In this document: one piece after another, positions 27,868-36,426 of the stretch
Numbering within the stretch: position 1 is the stretch's first letter
Layout of the letters: every line of letters starts with the position of its first letter
Assembly (NCBI GenBank): GCA_043803745.1
Contig: JAZDJS010000021.1
Location: forward strand, 16,738 to 80,737
Direction: 5' to 3'
Length of the DNA: 64,000 nt
From: an archaeon
GTDB taxonomy: Archaea; SpSt-1190; DYHY01
Made by a program: the position numbers and the translations under genes
The notes under the pieces: model-generated
Told to the model about the DNA's origin: nothing
The model's input: only the letters and a program-made list of their open reading frames with translations
Database searches by the model: none

Positions 27868-28671
27868 GTGCCGGACAGGCAAAACCCACGAATGGACGGG
27901 AAAACCGCCGAAAAGGCAATTGAAAAATCCGGGCAGAACCTCCTGATCTTCCTGATAATCCTGACCTTCCTATACGTGATACTCCAAAACTTCTCGCCCT
28001 TTTTCAGGATTGCCGTCCCCCTTGCAACGGCAATCGCGGTCTACCGCACAATGAAGGCGTCGGAGAGAAAATCTCCTGAGACGATAGAAACGAAGACCTG
28101 GAAGCTTGTCGCAGTCTGCCTCGGAATATGGCTCGCAGGGGAGCTTTCGGTGGTTGCTTTTTTCGCCAGGGAGGGCTTCGTTCCCTATCCATCCCTTGCC
28201 GAAATTTCCTATCTCATCGGGTATGTGCTCATGGGCGCGGGGGCTTTCAGCATAATAAGGAAGGTCGATGTCAAGCTTCCGATAACGCACATCCTGACGT
28301 TCACCCTAGTGGTCCTGCTTTTTTCCGGAGCGGTGACAAACTTCGTTATAGCGCGCGCCCTTATGAGCGAAGCCCCTTTTCTCGAAAAGGCGTTCAACAT
28401 CGGCCTCCCGATTGCCGACATGATGCTGATAATAGTCGTTTTCGCAATCTACTTCGTCTACTTCGGTTCCGGAAGGAAGGAACGCCTCCTTGAAGAAAGC
28501 TGGGCCGTTGTAATACTCGGAATGACCTTTTCGGCTTTCGCGGACATAATAATGACGTACAGCAAGATAAGGCTAATCGATTCGATTTACCTTGCGCTCC
28601 TCCCCGGAATCCTCTACATCTGGTCGCGGGGGGTTGTCGGGCTTGGAGCGAAGGCGCGGTCTTCCAACTGA
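27868..28671 (+). CDS. Integral membrane protein
   Basis: 267 aa, multi-TM. It is followed by the hairpin CCCCCCTAACGGGGGG plus a T-rich tract, a terminator-like structure at 28713-28740. Confidence 0.5.
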   Translation: MPDRQNPRMDGKTAEKAIEKSGQNLLIFLIILTFLYVILQNFSPFFRIAVPLATAIAVYRTMKASERKSPETIETKTWKLVAVCLGIWLAGELSVVAFFAREGFVPYPSLAEISYLIGYVLMGAGAFSIIRKVDVKLPITHILTFTLVVLLFSGAVTNFVIARALMSEAPFLEKAFNIGLPIADMMLIIVVFAIYFVYFGSGRKERLLEESWAVVILGMTFSAFADIIMTYSKIRLIDSIYLALLPGILYIWSRGVVGLGAKARSSN

Positions 28672-28712
28672 ACTACCTGCCCGTCAAAGATCCCCCCTAA
28701 CGGGGGGCTTTC

Positions 28713-28740
28713 TGTGTTTGCGAACACGGATCGCGCTGGA
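28713..28740 (+). terminator. Hairpin (CCCCCC-TAAC-GGGGGG) followed by CTTTCTGTGTTT
   Basis: Perfect 6-bp GC stem plus a T-rich tail immediately downstream of the 27868-28671 gene. Confidence 0.45.
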
Positions 28741-28879
28741 GCAGGAGACATGAATCGCGGGATATCTTACCACGGCCCAAAAGCCGAGGCTTTCGCGATT
28801 CAGTAAACGAGCGGGGGTCAATATAGGCAGTAGTTCATGTCACGCCGCCTTTCCGGTGCGGGGGTTCGATGCGGCGGGA

Positions 28880-29617
28880 CTAACGATTGAGGCTGCCGGT
28901 CGGCTCCCTGAAAAAGGCGATTCTTGCGGATGCTTCTGAATAGACCTTCCTGGAAATCAAGGAGGCTGAAACGCATTCCCCGGCCTCCAGAAGGGTTTCA
29001 GCAGTCCGAAGGGTTTCGTTCGCTGAGGAGGCCTCCCTCTCCGAGAAAAACCCGAGCTCCTCGACAGCCTTCTCGGCAACCCTCAGGTCGCGTTCGGCAT
29101 CAAGCCGTGCCGAGGAAAAAAGGGAATCGCGGGGGGAAATCGTCCCCACTTTCGAAGCAGCCCGCCTGATTGAAGCGACTATTATCGAAAAGGTCAGGCG
29201 GTTTGCCTCGGAAATCACGGACTTGTCAACGTAATCCTCAAGAATCTGGATGTTCCGGGCGTGGCGGGAAAAGTCGGTTTCCGTGACGGGAAGCTGGTAG
29301 TAGGAATCGAGGAGAAAAGTGTATTCGGCAAGTATTTTCTGGAGGCCTTCCGTCCGGTTGAGCGCAAGGAGCGCGTTTATTTCAGAAAGGCGGCCGTCCG
29401 CAAGGAAGAGGATTCTTGATGCCCTTGCCTCGCCGGAAAAAGAGAACGCAACCGAAAAATGCTCAAGGGAAAGCTTGGCTGGATAGAGGATGCTGCCCGG
29501 GAGGATTGAAGGAGTCCGAATGAAGACACTTCCCGGAGAGTCCGAGGCATGACCGGGGGCAAGTAGTAGGAGTAGAGTCATGAGGAAGACGACGAGAATA
29601 GTTTTTCCGGCGAACAT
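28880..29617 (-). CDS. Secreted hypothetical protein (N-terminal signal peptide)
   Basis: MFAGKTILVVFLMTLLLLLAPGHASDSPG... Confidence 0.5.
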   Translation of the reverse strand: MFAGKTILVVFLMTLLLLLAPGHASDSPGSVFIRTPSILPGSILYPAKLSLEHFSVAFSFSGEARASRILFLADGRLSEINALLALNRTEGLQKILAEYTFLLDSYYQLPVTETDFSRHARNIQILEDYVDKSVISEANRLTFSIIVASIRRAASKVGTISPRDSLFSSARLDAERDLRVAEKAVEELGFFSEREASSANETLRTAETLLEAGECVSASLISRKVYSEASARIAFFREPTGSLNR

Positions 29618-29673
29618 CTTTCCGGGTAGGAATGCGGCTCTTTTTTATAATACCGGCGCACAAGGGGATTTTG

Positions 29674-30372
29674 ATGGAGCCGGCTTTCACAAAATTCAGG
29701 ATTTCGAAGATAACCGAGGCGCTCCCGGGGAAGGTCAGGATTTTCCGGCTTGAGCCTGTTGAAGGGACGGTTCCTGGAAGAAAGCCGGGCCAGTATGTTG
29801 CGCTGAAGCTTGGCGAGGTCGAGCGGTCCTATTCGCTTTCAGGACCCGTCGAGGCGGACTATCTTGAGGTGACTGTCAAGCTTGCCGGGTCGTTCACTGG
29901 AAAGCTTTTCGGGCTTGGCGAGGGGGCGGAGATTCTCGCTTCCCCGCCCCAAGGCAGGTTTGTTCTTGAAGTGGAAAAGGTCGGGGCGGCGGAAATCGTT
30001 TTCCTTGCCGGGGGGGTAGGAATAACCCCCTTCTCCTGCTTTGCAGATTACATTTCCCGGAGAAGAATGGAGAACAAGGTGACCCTGATTTACGGGAGCC
30101 GGGTTCCCTCGGAAATAATATTGCGGGAGAGAATTGAGCTGCTTTTCTCGGAAATTCCTAACGGGAAGATTGTCTACACCGTCGACTCTGCCGAGCCCGG
30201 CTGGACTGGGAACGTCGGCTTCATCGGGAAGGACCTGCTTGAGAAAAGCGTTGCGGCTCCGAAGGAAGCGAAATATTTCATCTGCGGCCCGCCTCCGATG
30301 GTGAAGGCAATTGTCGAGGTCCTGAAGGAAATGCAAGTTCCCCTGCAGAACATCGCTTTGGAAGGCTGGTAA
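29674..30372 (+). CDS. FAD/NAD(P)-binding oxidoreductase of the ferredoxin-NADP reductase / PyrK-like family
   Basis: RSYS (RxYS FAD motif) and GGVGITP (NAD-binding). TATA TTTTTATAAT about 25 bp upstream of the ATG at 29674. Confidence 0.65.
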   Translation: MEPAFTKFRISKITEALPGKVRIFRLEPVEGTVPGRKPGQYVALKLGEVERSYSLSGPVEADYLEVTVKLAGSFTGKLFGLGEGAEILASPPQGRFVLEVEKVGAAEIVFLAGGVGITPFSCFADYISRRRMENKVTLIYGSRVPSEIILRERIELLFSEIPNGKIVYTVDSAEPGWTGNVGFIGKDLLEKSVAAPKEAKYFICGPPPMVKAIVEVLKEMQVPLQNIALEGW

Positions 30373-31053
30373 ATGCTTGTCCTTTTCGACATTGACGGAA
30401 CTTTGGTTGCGAAAGGAACGGGCGCACACGAGCGGGCCTTCGTCTTGGCAATTGACAAAATATATTCAGTTGACTCGGAGAAGGCATTCTATTCTCTCAA
30501 ATTGCACGGCAGAGTTGACAAGGAGATAATAGTTGAAACTGTCGGGAAACTGGGGATCCCGGAATCACTTGCAAAGAAAAAGGTTCCTGACTGCAAAAAG
30601 CTTGTCGAGGGCTTATTTCCCGGGGAGTTGAAACGGGATTTCTCTGGCCAAGTGCTTCCCGGAGTCAGGGAAATTCTCTCCAAACTGAAGAAACGAAAAG
30701 TCAAGCTCGGGCTGCTCAGCGGGAACTTCCCGAATGTTGCCTACGGCAAGCTGAAACGGGTCGGGTTAGAGAAGTTCTTTTCCAAAAAACTGAGCGGGCT
30801 TGGGGATTCGGGATTCAGCCGGGTCGAGGTTGCCTGCAAGCTTGCCCGGAAGGTTGTAAGGAGAACAAGGGGAGAGAAGATAGTCCTTGTCGGGGACACG
30901 CCCAAGGACATCCTTGCAGGCAAGGCCATCGGAGCAGTGACTGTCGCAGTTGCAACCGGGGGAGCAACGAAAGCCGAACTTGCACGGGCAAAACCGGATT
31001 TCCTTATCCGAAATATGTGGGGCTTTAGAAAGATTATTGAAAACCTTATTTGA
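30373..31053 (+). CDS. HAD-superfamily hydrolase (phosphatase)
   Basis: LFDIDGTLV (DxDxT), SGNFP, GDTPKDI. Confidence 0.75.
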   Translation: MLVLFDIDGTLVAKGTGAHERAFVLAIDKIYSVDSEKAFYSLKLHGRVDKEIIVETVGKLGIPESLAKKKVPDCKKLVEGLFPGELKRDFSGQVLPGVREILSKLKKRKVKLGLLSGNFPNVAYGKLKRVGLEKFFSKKLSGLGDSGFSRVEVACKLARKVVRRTRGEKIVLVGDTPKDILAGKAIGAVTVAVATGGATKAELARAKPDFLIRNMWGFRKIIENLI

Positions 31054-31705
31054 AAATCTCGCCGGTCCCGTCGGACCAGAGTAGGAGGTCCAGTTCCGCG
31101 AGGGGGATTTTCACCTTCCGGGAAAATGCGCGGAGTTTCTCCTCAAGCTCAAGGTACTTCTTGGGCGGGATGCTTTTCGGGATTTCCTTTAGTATTCCGA
31201 GGGGAACAAGCCGCCGAAGGACGTGGATGTCGAGGATTGCAAGGTCCTCGCCGAAGCCGATGTTCCGGAGGAAATGGCTTGCCTCCTTCATCCCAAGCCC
31301 CTTGACGCGCGCGACTAGCAGCTTTCGGGATAGGAGGGGGTTTGAAAGGGGGAGGGAAGGGGTTATGGAGATTTTTCCTCCTTCTGAGAAGACTCGTCTC
31401 GCCAAAGAAACATATCTTGCCTTGTTATTCGGGAACCTCACCCCCGAAAGGCTTGAGCGGATTTGTGTGAGCGGGAGGCTCTTGCGCGGGAACCTCTTGT
31501 TTCTGAGGGAATCCGCTGCTTTCTCCGCTGCCCGCGCGCGCGACTGGGGGGTGAGGAGGCAGAAGACGAGCTCAAGGAAGATCTCTTCCTCGGGAAGCCT
31601 TCCGGCCTTTTCGAAATCGGAGAGGCGAGATGCAATTTCAGCTTTCTTCCGAGAATGGTCCTTCAAGAGTCTCTGGATTGAAAGGGAACTTCTTGCTCCG
31701 GTCAT
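31046..31705 (-). CDS. ogg: N-glycosylase/DNA lyase, Ogg2-type 8-oxoguanine DNA glycosylase (HhH-GPD)
   Basis: ELVFCLLTPQSRA...VKGLGMKEASHFLRNIGF...LAILDIHV. Confidence 0.65.
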   Translation of the reverse strand: MTGARSSLSIQRLLKDHSRKKAEIASRLSDFEKAGRLPEEEIFLELVFCLLTPQSRARAAEKAADSLRNKRFPRKSLPLTQIRSSLSGVRFPNNKARYVSLARRVFSEGGKISITPSLPLSNPLLSRKLLVARVKGLGMKEASHFLRNIGFGEDLAILDIHVLRRLVPLGILKEIPKSIPPKKYLELEEKLRAFSRKVKIPLAELDLLLWSDGTGEIFK

Positions 31706-31756
31706 TTTTCTTGGGGGTGCGCAAGGGTTTATATTCTTGGGCCTCGCGGGGCTAAA

Positions 31757-32155
31757 GTGAGTTTTTCCAAACTCGATTATGAGAAAACTTCCGCCAAGGG
31801 GGTCCTGATTGCAGCCGTTGAAACTGGCCGGGCAAAATCTGTCTCGGTGATAAAATTCCTCCCCGGCTCAAGCTTTCCAAGCCATTCCCACGGGAAAGCA
31901 ACGGAGCGTTATTTCGCGGTTTCAGGCAAGGGCATCGTTTCCGTTGGGAAGCTGAAACGGGTTCTGGACAAGGGGGATTCAATCGAGATTGGGCGAGGAA
32001 GGGTTCATTCCGTTTCCAATCCGTTCAAGAGGCAGTTCGTAATGGTCGAGATTTCAATTCCCGGATTTGACGAAAAAGACGTTCTGTTTGGACCAAAAGG
32101 CCGGAAGATTCAAGCGGAAAGGATTAAATACCGGAAGAGCCGGCCTTTCCACTAA
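31757..32155 (+). CDS. Cupin-domain protein
   Basis: FPSHSHGKATERYFAVSGKG...GDSIEIGRGRVHSV. Confidence 0.55.
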   Translation: MSFSKLDYEKTSAKGVLIAAVETGRAKSVSVIKFLPGSSFPSHSHGKATERYFAVSGKGIVSVGKLKRVLDKGDSIEIGRGRVHSVSNPFKRQFVMVEISIPGFDEKDVLFGPKGRKIQAERIKYRKSRPFH

Positions 32156-32156
32156 T

Positions 32157-33314
32157 ATGAGGGGCAGCCTTTTTGCGGATTCAACTGGATTCTCCGAGAA
32201 AAACCTTTTCAGGGACGAGGGGATCCTTTACTCGGATTTCCTTCCGGACAAGCTGCCGCACAGGGAAGGCCATGCGCGCTTCCTTGCTGATTGCCTGAGG
32301 CCAATCACCGGCGGGAAGAGCCCGGAGAACGTTTTCATCTGGGGTCCCGCAGGGGTCGGGAAAACCTCCGTTGCGAAGTTCGTCCTCCGGGAGATGAAGG
32401 AGCACACCGAAATCCCTGTTGTCTACATAAACTGCTGGCAGAACGACACGAGGCACGCGGTCCTGACGACAATCGCATATGCGCTTGGGAGCTTTGCGCC
32501 CCGGAGGGGGACTGCGACCGATGAAATCTTCGAAAAGGCCTGCGAGGGGATGAAAAGGCGCGGGGGGAAGGGGCTTGTGATCGTGCTTGACGAGATTGAC
32601 AAGCTCCTTGCGAACGACGGGGGGCGGCTTCTCTACGACCTTGCAAGGGGACCGGTCTTTACCGGAAAGACGGGAATCGTCATGATTTCTAACGACGAAT
32701 ATGCCCTCCGGAAACTCGACGACCGGACGAGGAGCAGCCTCTCCTACCAAGAGTCCTCATATCCCGCATATTCCTTCGAGGAGCTGAAAGGGATTTTCTC
32801 GGAAAGGATCGGGGCTGCGTTCGTCGAGGGTTCCGTGAAAGCGGGAGTGAACTCCGCGGTTGCGAGGATTGTCGCGGATTCCGGCGGGGACGTAAGGCTC
32901 GGGCTCGACTGCCTCCTCAAGGCGGGACGGCTTGCAGAATCCGACGGGAAGGATTTTTCGGTCGAGCACGTCCAGAAGATGATTGGGAAGATCCAGAACA
33001 GCAAGACGAAGGCGATAATCACGGGGCTCGAGAGAAACCTCCTTGGAATCGTCAGGATTCTCGCTGCGACCGGGATAAGGGAGAAAACAACCGGGGAGCT
33101 TCTTGCCGATTATTCGCGGGAAATGGGGGAAACGAACGAGCGGACCTTCAGGAACTACCTGACTGAGCTCGAGACGAAGGGAGTGATAACCTCGGTGATG
33201 AGCGGCAAGGGCCAACGGGGGAAAACAAGGATAATCACGCTGAAGAACTCCGAGATGGTAAGGAGAATCCTTCAATCAGCTAATGAGGATGGCAAAGGAG
33301 GAAAGGAAAAATAA
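32157..33314 (+). CDS. cdc6: Orc1/Cdc6 replication initiator (AAA+ plus C-terminal winged helix)
   Basis: HREGHARFLADCL...IWGPAGVGKTSVAKFV (Walker A), VIVLDEIDKL (Walker B). Start at the ATG at 32157. Confidence 0.9.
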   Translation: MRGSLFADSTGFSEKNLFRDEGILYSDFLPDKLPHREGHARFLADCLRPITGGKSPENVFIWGPAGVGKTSVAKFVLREMKEHTEIPVVYINCWQNDTRHAVLTTIAYALGSFAPRRGTATDEIFEKACEGMKRRGGKGLVIVLDEIDKLLANDGGRLLYDLARGPVFTGKTGIVMISNDEYALRKLDDRTRSSLSYQESSYPAYSFEELKGIFSERIGAAFVEGSVKAGVNSAVARIVADSGGDVRLGLDCLLKAGRLAESDGKDFSVEHVQKMIGKIQNSKTKAIITGLERNLLGIVRILAATGIREKTTGELLADYSREMGETNERTFRNYLTELETKGVITSVMSGKGQRGKTRIITLKNSEMVRRILQSANEDGKGGKEK

Positions 33315-33316
33315 AT

Positions 33317-33823
33317 ATGGTTGACACGGGAGAGCCGGAGGGAGAAAAGGGCGGGGAGGGAATGCTTGAGAAGCTCCCCTATCTTCTGAGGAAGCAGACG
33401 CTTCAGGAGGAGATGCCCGAGTTCTCGGAGGAGCGGGACATTTTCAGGCGGGCGCAGGCGGGAGCGGTCGGGAGCACCCTCCATACCGACAGAATACTCG
33501 TCCTTGTCGCAAACTGCAGGGAGGGGACGAAGGCGCTTAACGCGGCAATCGACATTGCCCGCCAGAACGGAAGCGAACTGGTGGTTGCGTTCTACACCGA
33601 GATTATTCCCGCACTGAAGGACCGGGTCATCAGCAGCGGCATAAGGTACAAGCTCATTGCAAAGCCGACAAGCGCAACGGGCGACATAATGTTCGTGATA
33701 AAGAAGGAGAAGGTCGACCTTGCGATAATACCTGAAAAATTCTCGGACAAGCTTTCCGGGATAAGCCAGGTTACCAAGCAGATTGTGGAGGCTTCCGAGT
33801 CCTCGGTCCTTGTCGTAAGGTAG
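33317..33823 (+). CDS. Universal stress protein (UspA) family-like protein
   Basis: RILVLVANCREGTKALNAAIDIARQNGSELVV...VDLAIIP...SVLVVR. Confidence 0.5.
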   Translation: MVDTGEPEGEKGGEGMLEKLPYLLRKQTLQEEMPEFSEERDIFRRAQAGAVGSTLHTDRILVLVANCREGTKALNAAIDIARQNGSELVVAFYTEIIPALKDRVISSGIRYKLIAKPTSATGDIMFVIKKEKVDLAIIPEKFSDKLSGISQVTKQIVEASESSVLVVR

Positions 33824-33834
33824 TAGAAGAACGA

Positions 33835-35079
33835 ATGAGCTTTCCAGTCCTCCCGGTTGCGATTTTCGCAATAACCTTTTTCCTTATATTCACCGAGAGG
33901 ATTAACAGGACGCTTGCGGCGCTCCTCGGAGGATTTTCAATGGTCGCCTTCGGGGTGATAACCGGAGGGGAAGCGCTCGCATCAATCGAATTCACCGCAA
34001 TTTCCTCGATTATCGGAATACTCATCCTGGTCTCCGTCGTGAGATCGAGCGGGCTTTTCGCATGGCTCGCGATAAAGGTGGTCAAACTTTCGAAGGGGAA
34101 TCCCGCAAAGCTGATGGTTGCGCTTTCGCTTCTTTCCGCTTTTGTTGCGTCATTCCTAGGGGGGACTGCGACAATCCTGATAATGGGCGGACTGATCGTC
34201 ACGATCTGCAAGCAGCTGAACCTGAAAGTTCCGCCTTACCTGATGGCTTCGGCTCTGATGACTTCGGTTGGGGGGGGATTCTTCCTTACAGGGAGCTCGA
34301 TAAACATACTCCTTTCAAACGCGGGAGGGTTCTCATTCATTGACTTCTTCAGCAACAGCCTCCCGATTTCCCTCCTGCTCGGGATAATCACCTCCCTGTT
34401 CTTCGTCTGGTATTTCAAAATAGAGAACAAGGAATCGGGGGAAATCCTTCTTGACGAAAAGCAGGCGATTACGGACTGGAAGAAATTCTGGATTACAATG
34501 GCGCTCCTATCCGGGACAATCTTCCTTTTCATAATCTCCGGATTCGTCGGCCTGACCGTCGAGATGATTGCAATCGGCTCCGGGATACTTGCGCTTCTCC
34601 TTACGGGATTCGAGCCTGAAAAGGCTTTCAGGGAGGTTCAGTGGGAAACCCTGTTCTTCCTGATTGGCGTTTTCGTTGTAATGGGCGGCCTTGAGAAGAG
34701 CGGGGTCTTCCACGCCGTTGCAAGCGTGCTTGCCCCGATCGTGAAGGGGGATTCCGGAAGGCTCCTGCTCATAGGGATAATCGGGCCAATATCGGGGATA
34801 GTCCACTCCCTTCCGATAACGGTCGCGCTGATACCGATTGTGAAGGAGATTGTCGGAATAACGGGTGAATTGGCGGGACCCATCTTCTGGACGCTGATTC
34901 TTGCCATAAATTTCGGGGAGAACCTGACTCCGCTCGGCTCAACTTCCAGCATACTTGCGATGGGGATTGGAAAGACCTCCGGCCAGCCGGTCAGCTTCGC
35001 GGAATTCCTGAAAATAGGCGCAATTCTCTGCGCAATCCACCTGACGATCGCCGGGATATGGGTTTTCTTCAGGTACTAG
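33835..35079 (+). CDS. ArsB/NhaD-superfamily ion transporter (permease)
   Basis: 414 aa with about 11 TM helices, organised like COG1055-family permeases. Confidence 0.55.
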   Translation: MSFPVLPVAIFAITFFLIFTERINRTLAALLGGFSMVAFGVITGGEALASIEFTAISSIIGILILVSVVRSSGLFAWLAIKVVKLSKGNPAKLMVALSLLSAFVASFLGGTATILIMGGLIVTICKQLNLKVPPYLMASALMTSVGGGFFLTGSSINILLSNAGGFSFIDFFSNSLPISLLLGIITSLFFVWYFKIENKESGEILLDEKQAITDWKKFWITMALLSGTIFLFIISGFVGLTVEMIAIGSGILALLLTGFEPEKAFREVQWETLFFLIGVFVVMGGLEKSGVFHAVASVLAPIVKGDSGRLLLIGIIGPISGIVHSLPITVALIPIVKEIVGITGELAGPIFWTLILAINFGENLTPLGSTSSILAMGIGKTSGQPVSFAEFLKIGAILCAIHLTIAGIWVFFRY

Positions 35080-35125
35080 GTACTAAAAGTAAACTATTTA
35101 AGCCGGTCGGGCCCTCCGAGCCCCG

Positions 35126-35521
35126 ATGAGAAACGGAATGTTTTTTGTTGCCTCAGGGATACTGATTTTCGCGGGGATACTCCTCGCTGGGTGTGTTTCA
35201 TCAGCGCAGGGACTGGGGGGGAGCCCGGGGGGGAGCCCAGGGGGGAGCCTTAGCACGCCTCCGACAACCGCCCCCGCTCCGGAAGAGAAAACCTTCACTC
35301 TTTCTGAGATTGCCGGATATTCGACAAAGGAAAACTGCCTGATTGCGATAAACGGGAGCGTCTACAACATTACGGGGTATTTCGGCAAGCATCCTGCGGG
35401 GGACCGGACTTTGCTTTCCGGCTGCGGGAAGGATGCGACGGGAATCTTCAGCGAGAAGCATTCCCAGACGGCGTGGCAGCTTCTGCCCTCGTTCTATGCC
35501 GGAAAACTGGCCGGGCAATAA
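35126..35521 (+). CDS. Cytochrome b5-like heme/steroid-binding domain lipoprotein
   Basis: Lipobox-like LAGC. GGSPGGSPGGS linker. FTLSEIAGYSTKENCLIAINGSVYNITGYFGKHPAG is a b5-like motif. Confidence 0.5.
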   Translation: MRNGMFFVASGILIFAGILLAGCVSSAQGLGGSPGGSPGGSLSTPPTTAPAPEEKTFTLSEIAGYSTKENCLIAINGSVYNITGYFGKHPAGDRTLLSGCGKDATGIFSEKHSQTAWQLLPSFYAGKLAGQ

Positions 35522-35575
35522 AAAAGGATAAAAAGACGTTTTGTCCTCTCTTGACTGAGGCGAGCGAAAAGAGAA

Positions 35576-35827
35576 ATGTCCTTCCTTGACACACTGAAAG
35601 TAATTACCTTCTTCGGAATTCTTGCAGCAGTCTTCATAGTCAGCCTTGGAAGGCGGCTTTTCGGCTGGGGGATAAAGCCAACTCAGGCCCAGCCTCCACC
35701 GCCAAATCCGCCGGGCCCTCAGCAGGTCAGGTCCCCTCAGCCTCCCGAGCAGGGCCGGATTCCGTCTCCAGCTCGACAACAGCAGTATCCTCCTCAGCAA
35801 CCACAACAGCAACAGAGGAAGTTCTGA
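35576..35827 (+). CDS. Small membrane protein with a Pro/Gln-rich tail
   Basis: 83 aa. One TM helix followed by PPPPNPPGPQQ...QQPQQQQ. Confidence 0.3.
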   Translation: MSFLDTLKVITFFGILAAVFIVSLGRRLFGWGIKPTQAQPPPPNPPGPQQVRSPQPPEQGRIPSPARQQQYPPQQPQQQQRKF

Positions 35828-35851
35828 TTATTTGAAACGGGAAAATGGTTC

Positions 35852-36029
35852 CCGTGCTCCCGACGGTTGAGTCATCTTCAGAGGACGAAATCTCGGGACG
35901 CGAGCGCGTTAGACCCGCCAGACGAAAAAGTGCGAGTGCTCCCGACGGTTGAGTCATCTTCAGAGGACGAAATCTCGGGACGCGAGCGCGTTAGACCCGC
36001 CAGACGAAAAAGTGCGAGTGCTCCCGACG
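35852..36029. repeat. Perfect tandem repeat of 2 x 82 bp plus a 13-nt third start. Each unit begins with the last 13 nt of tRNA-Glu (gtgctcccgacgg) followed by 69 nt of trailer.
   Basis: Units at 35852-35933 and 35934-36015 are identical. The third unit is the tRNA 3-prime end itself. Confidence 0.9.
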
Positions 36030-36091
36030 GGATTTGAACCCGTGTCTCGGGCTCGAGAAGCCCAGATCCTTGGCCGAGCTAGACGACAGGA
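36017..36091 (-). tRNA. tRNA-Glu (anticodon CTC)
   Basis: The reverse complement is GCTCCTG-TCGTCTAGCTCGGCCAAGGATC-TGGGC TTCTCGA GCCCG-AGAC-ACGGG TTCAAAT CCCGT-CGGGAGC-A. Confidence 0.85.
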
Positions 36092-36187
36092 GCTTGAGAA
36101 TCGGGTCTTTCTCCCCGTTTTAAACGTTTTCCATCGAGTTTCGCCCAACCCAAAAATCTTTTTAACCTCTGTTCTTCCGGTTAGGCC

Positions 36188-36305
36188 GGGTCCATAGCTC
36201 AGCCCGGTAGAGCGGCAGTCTTATATGACTGTGTTCTATACACAAAGGATAGACTAGGTCTGAGTCAGCTGTTGGTCATGGGTTCGAATCCCATTGGGCC
36301 CACCA
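36188..36305 (+). tRNA. Intron-containing tRNA (118 nt including the encoded CCA). The tentative mature anticodon loop is CTTATAA, giving anticodon UAU (tRNA-Ile2 type). The isotype is uncertain.
   Basis: GGGTCCA-TA-GCTC AGCCCGGTA GAGC-G-GCAGT CTTATA | 41-nt intron (contains the hairpin TGTGTTCTATACACA) | A-GCTGT-TGGTC-ATGGG TTCGAAT CCCAT-TGGGCCC-A-CCA. The acceptor has a G4:U pair. A GCCCC-TTCA-GGGGC hairpin follows immediately. Confidence 0.65.
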
Positions 36306-36365
36306 GCCCCTTCAGGGGCTGAAGAAATTCCCACAGCCAGCATTCCCTTTGCGCTCTGAGGGGCT

Positions 36366-36410
36366 CATTGGGCCCACCAGAGCCCGTTTTCTTTTCCGAA
36401 AGAAAAAGCC
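36366..36410 (+). repeat. Copy of the tRNA 3-prime end (cattgggcccacca) 74 bp downstream of the intron-containing tRNA, followed by the palindromic trailer (gcccgttttcttttccgaaagaaaaag)
   Basis: 14-nt exact copy at 36366-36379. The trailer at 36381-36410 is similar to the elements at 3176-3222 and 5463-5510. Confidence 0.7.
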
Positions 36411-36426
36411 TTCGGGGAAAAAGAAA

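Noticed and set aside
31706-32156. Possible replication origin next to cdc6
   Set aside because: Orc1/Cdc6 genes often flank oriC. Here the upstream space is filled by a cupin gene and a 50-bp spacer. No ORB-like repeats or extended AT-rich unwinding element were seen by eye, so no origin is called.
35201-35812. 203-aa minus-strand ORF and others around the cytochrome b5-like gene
   Set aside because: Antisense to a gene with lipobox and b5-like motifs. The translated sequence is an Arg/Leu/Pro artefact.
35727-36197. ORFs 35727-35957 (-) and 35949-36197 (+) with internally repeated peptides
   Set aside because: They are produced by translation through the 82-bp tandem repeat and the tRNA-Glu gene, not genuine coding sequence.
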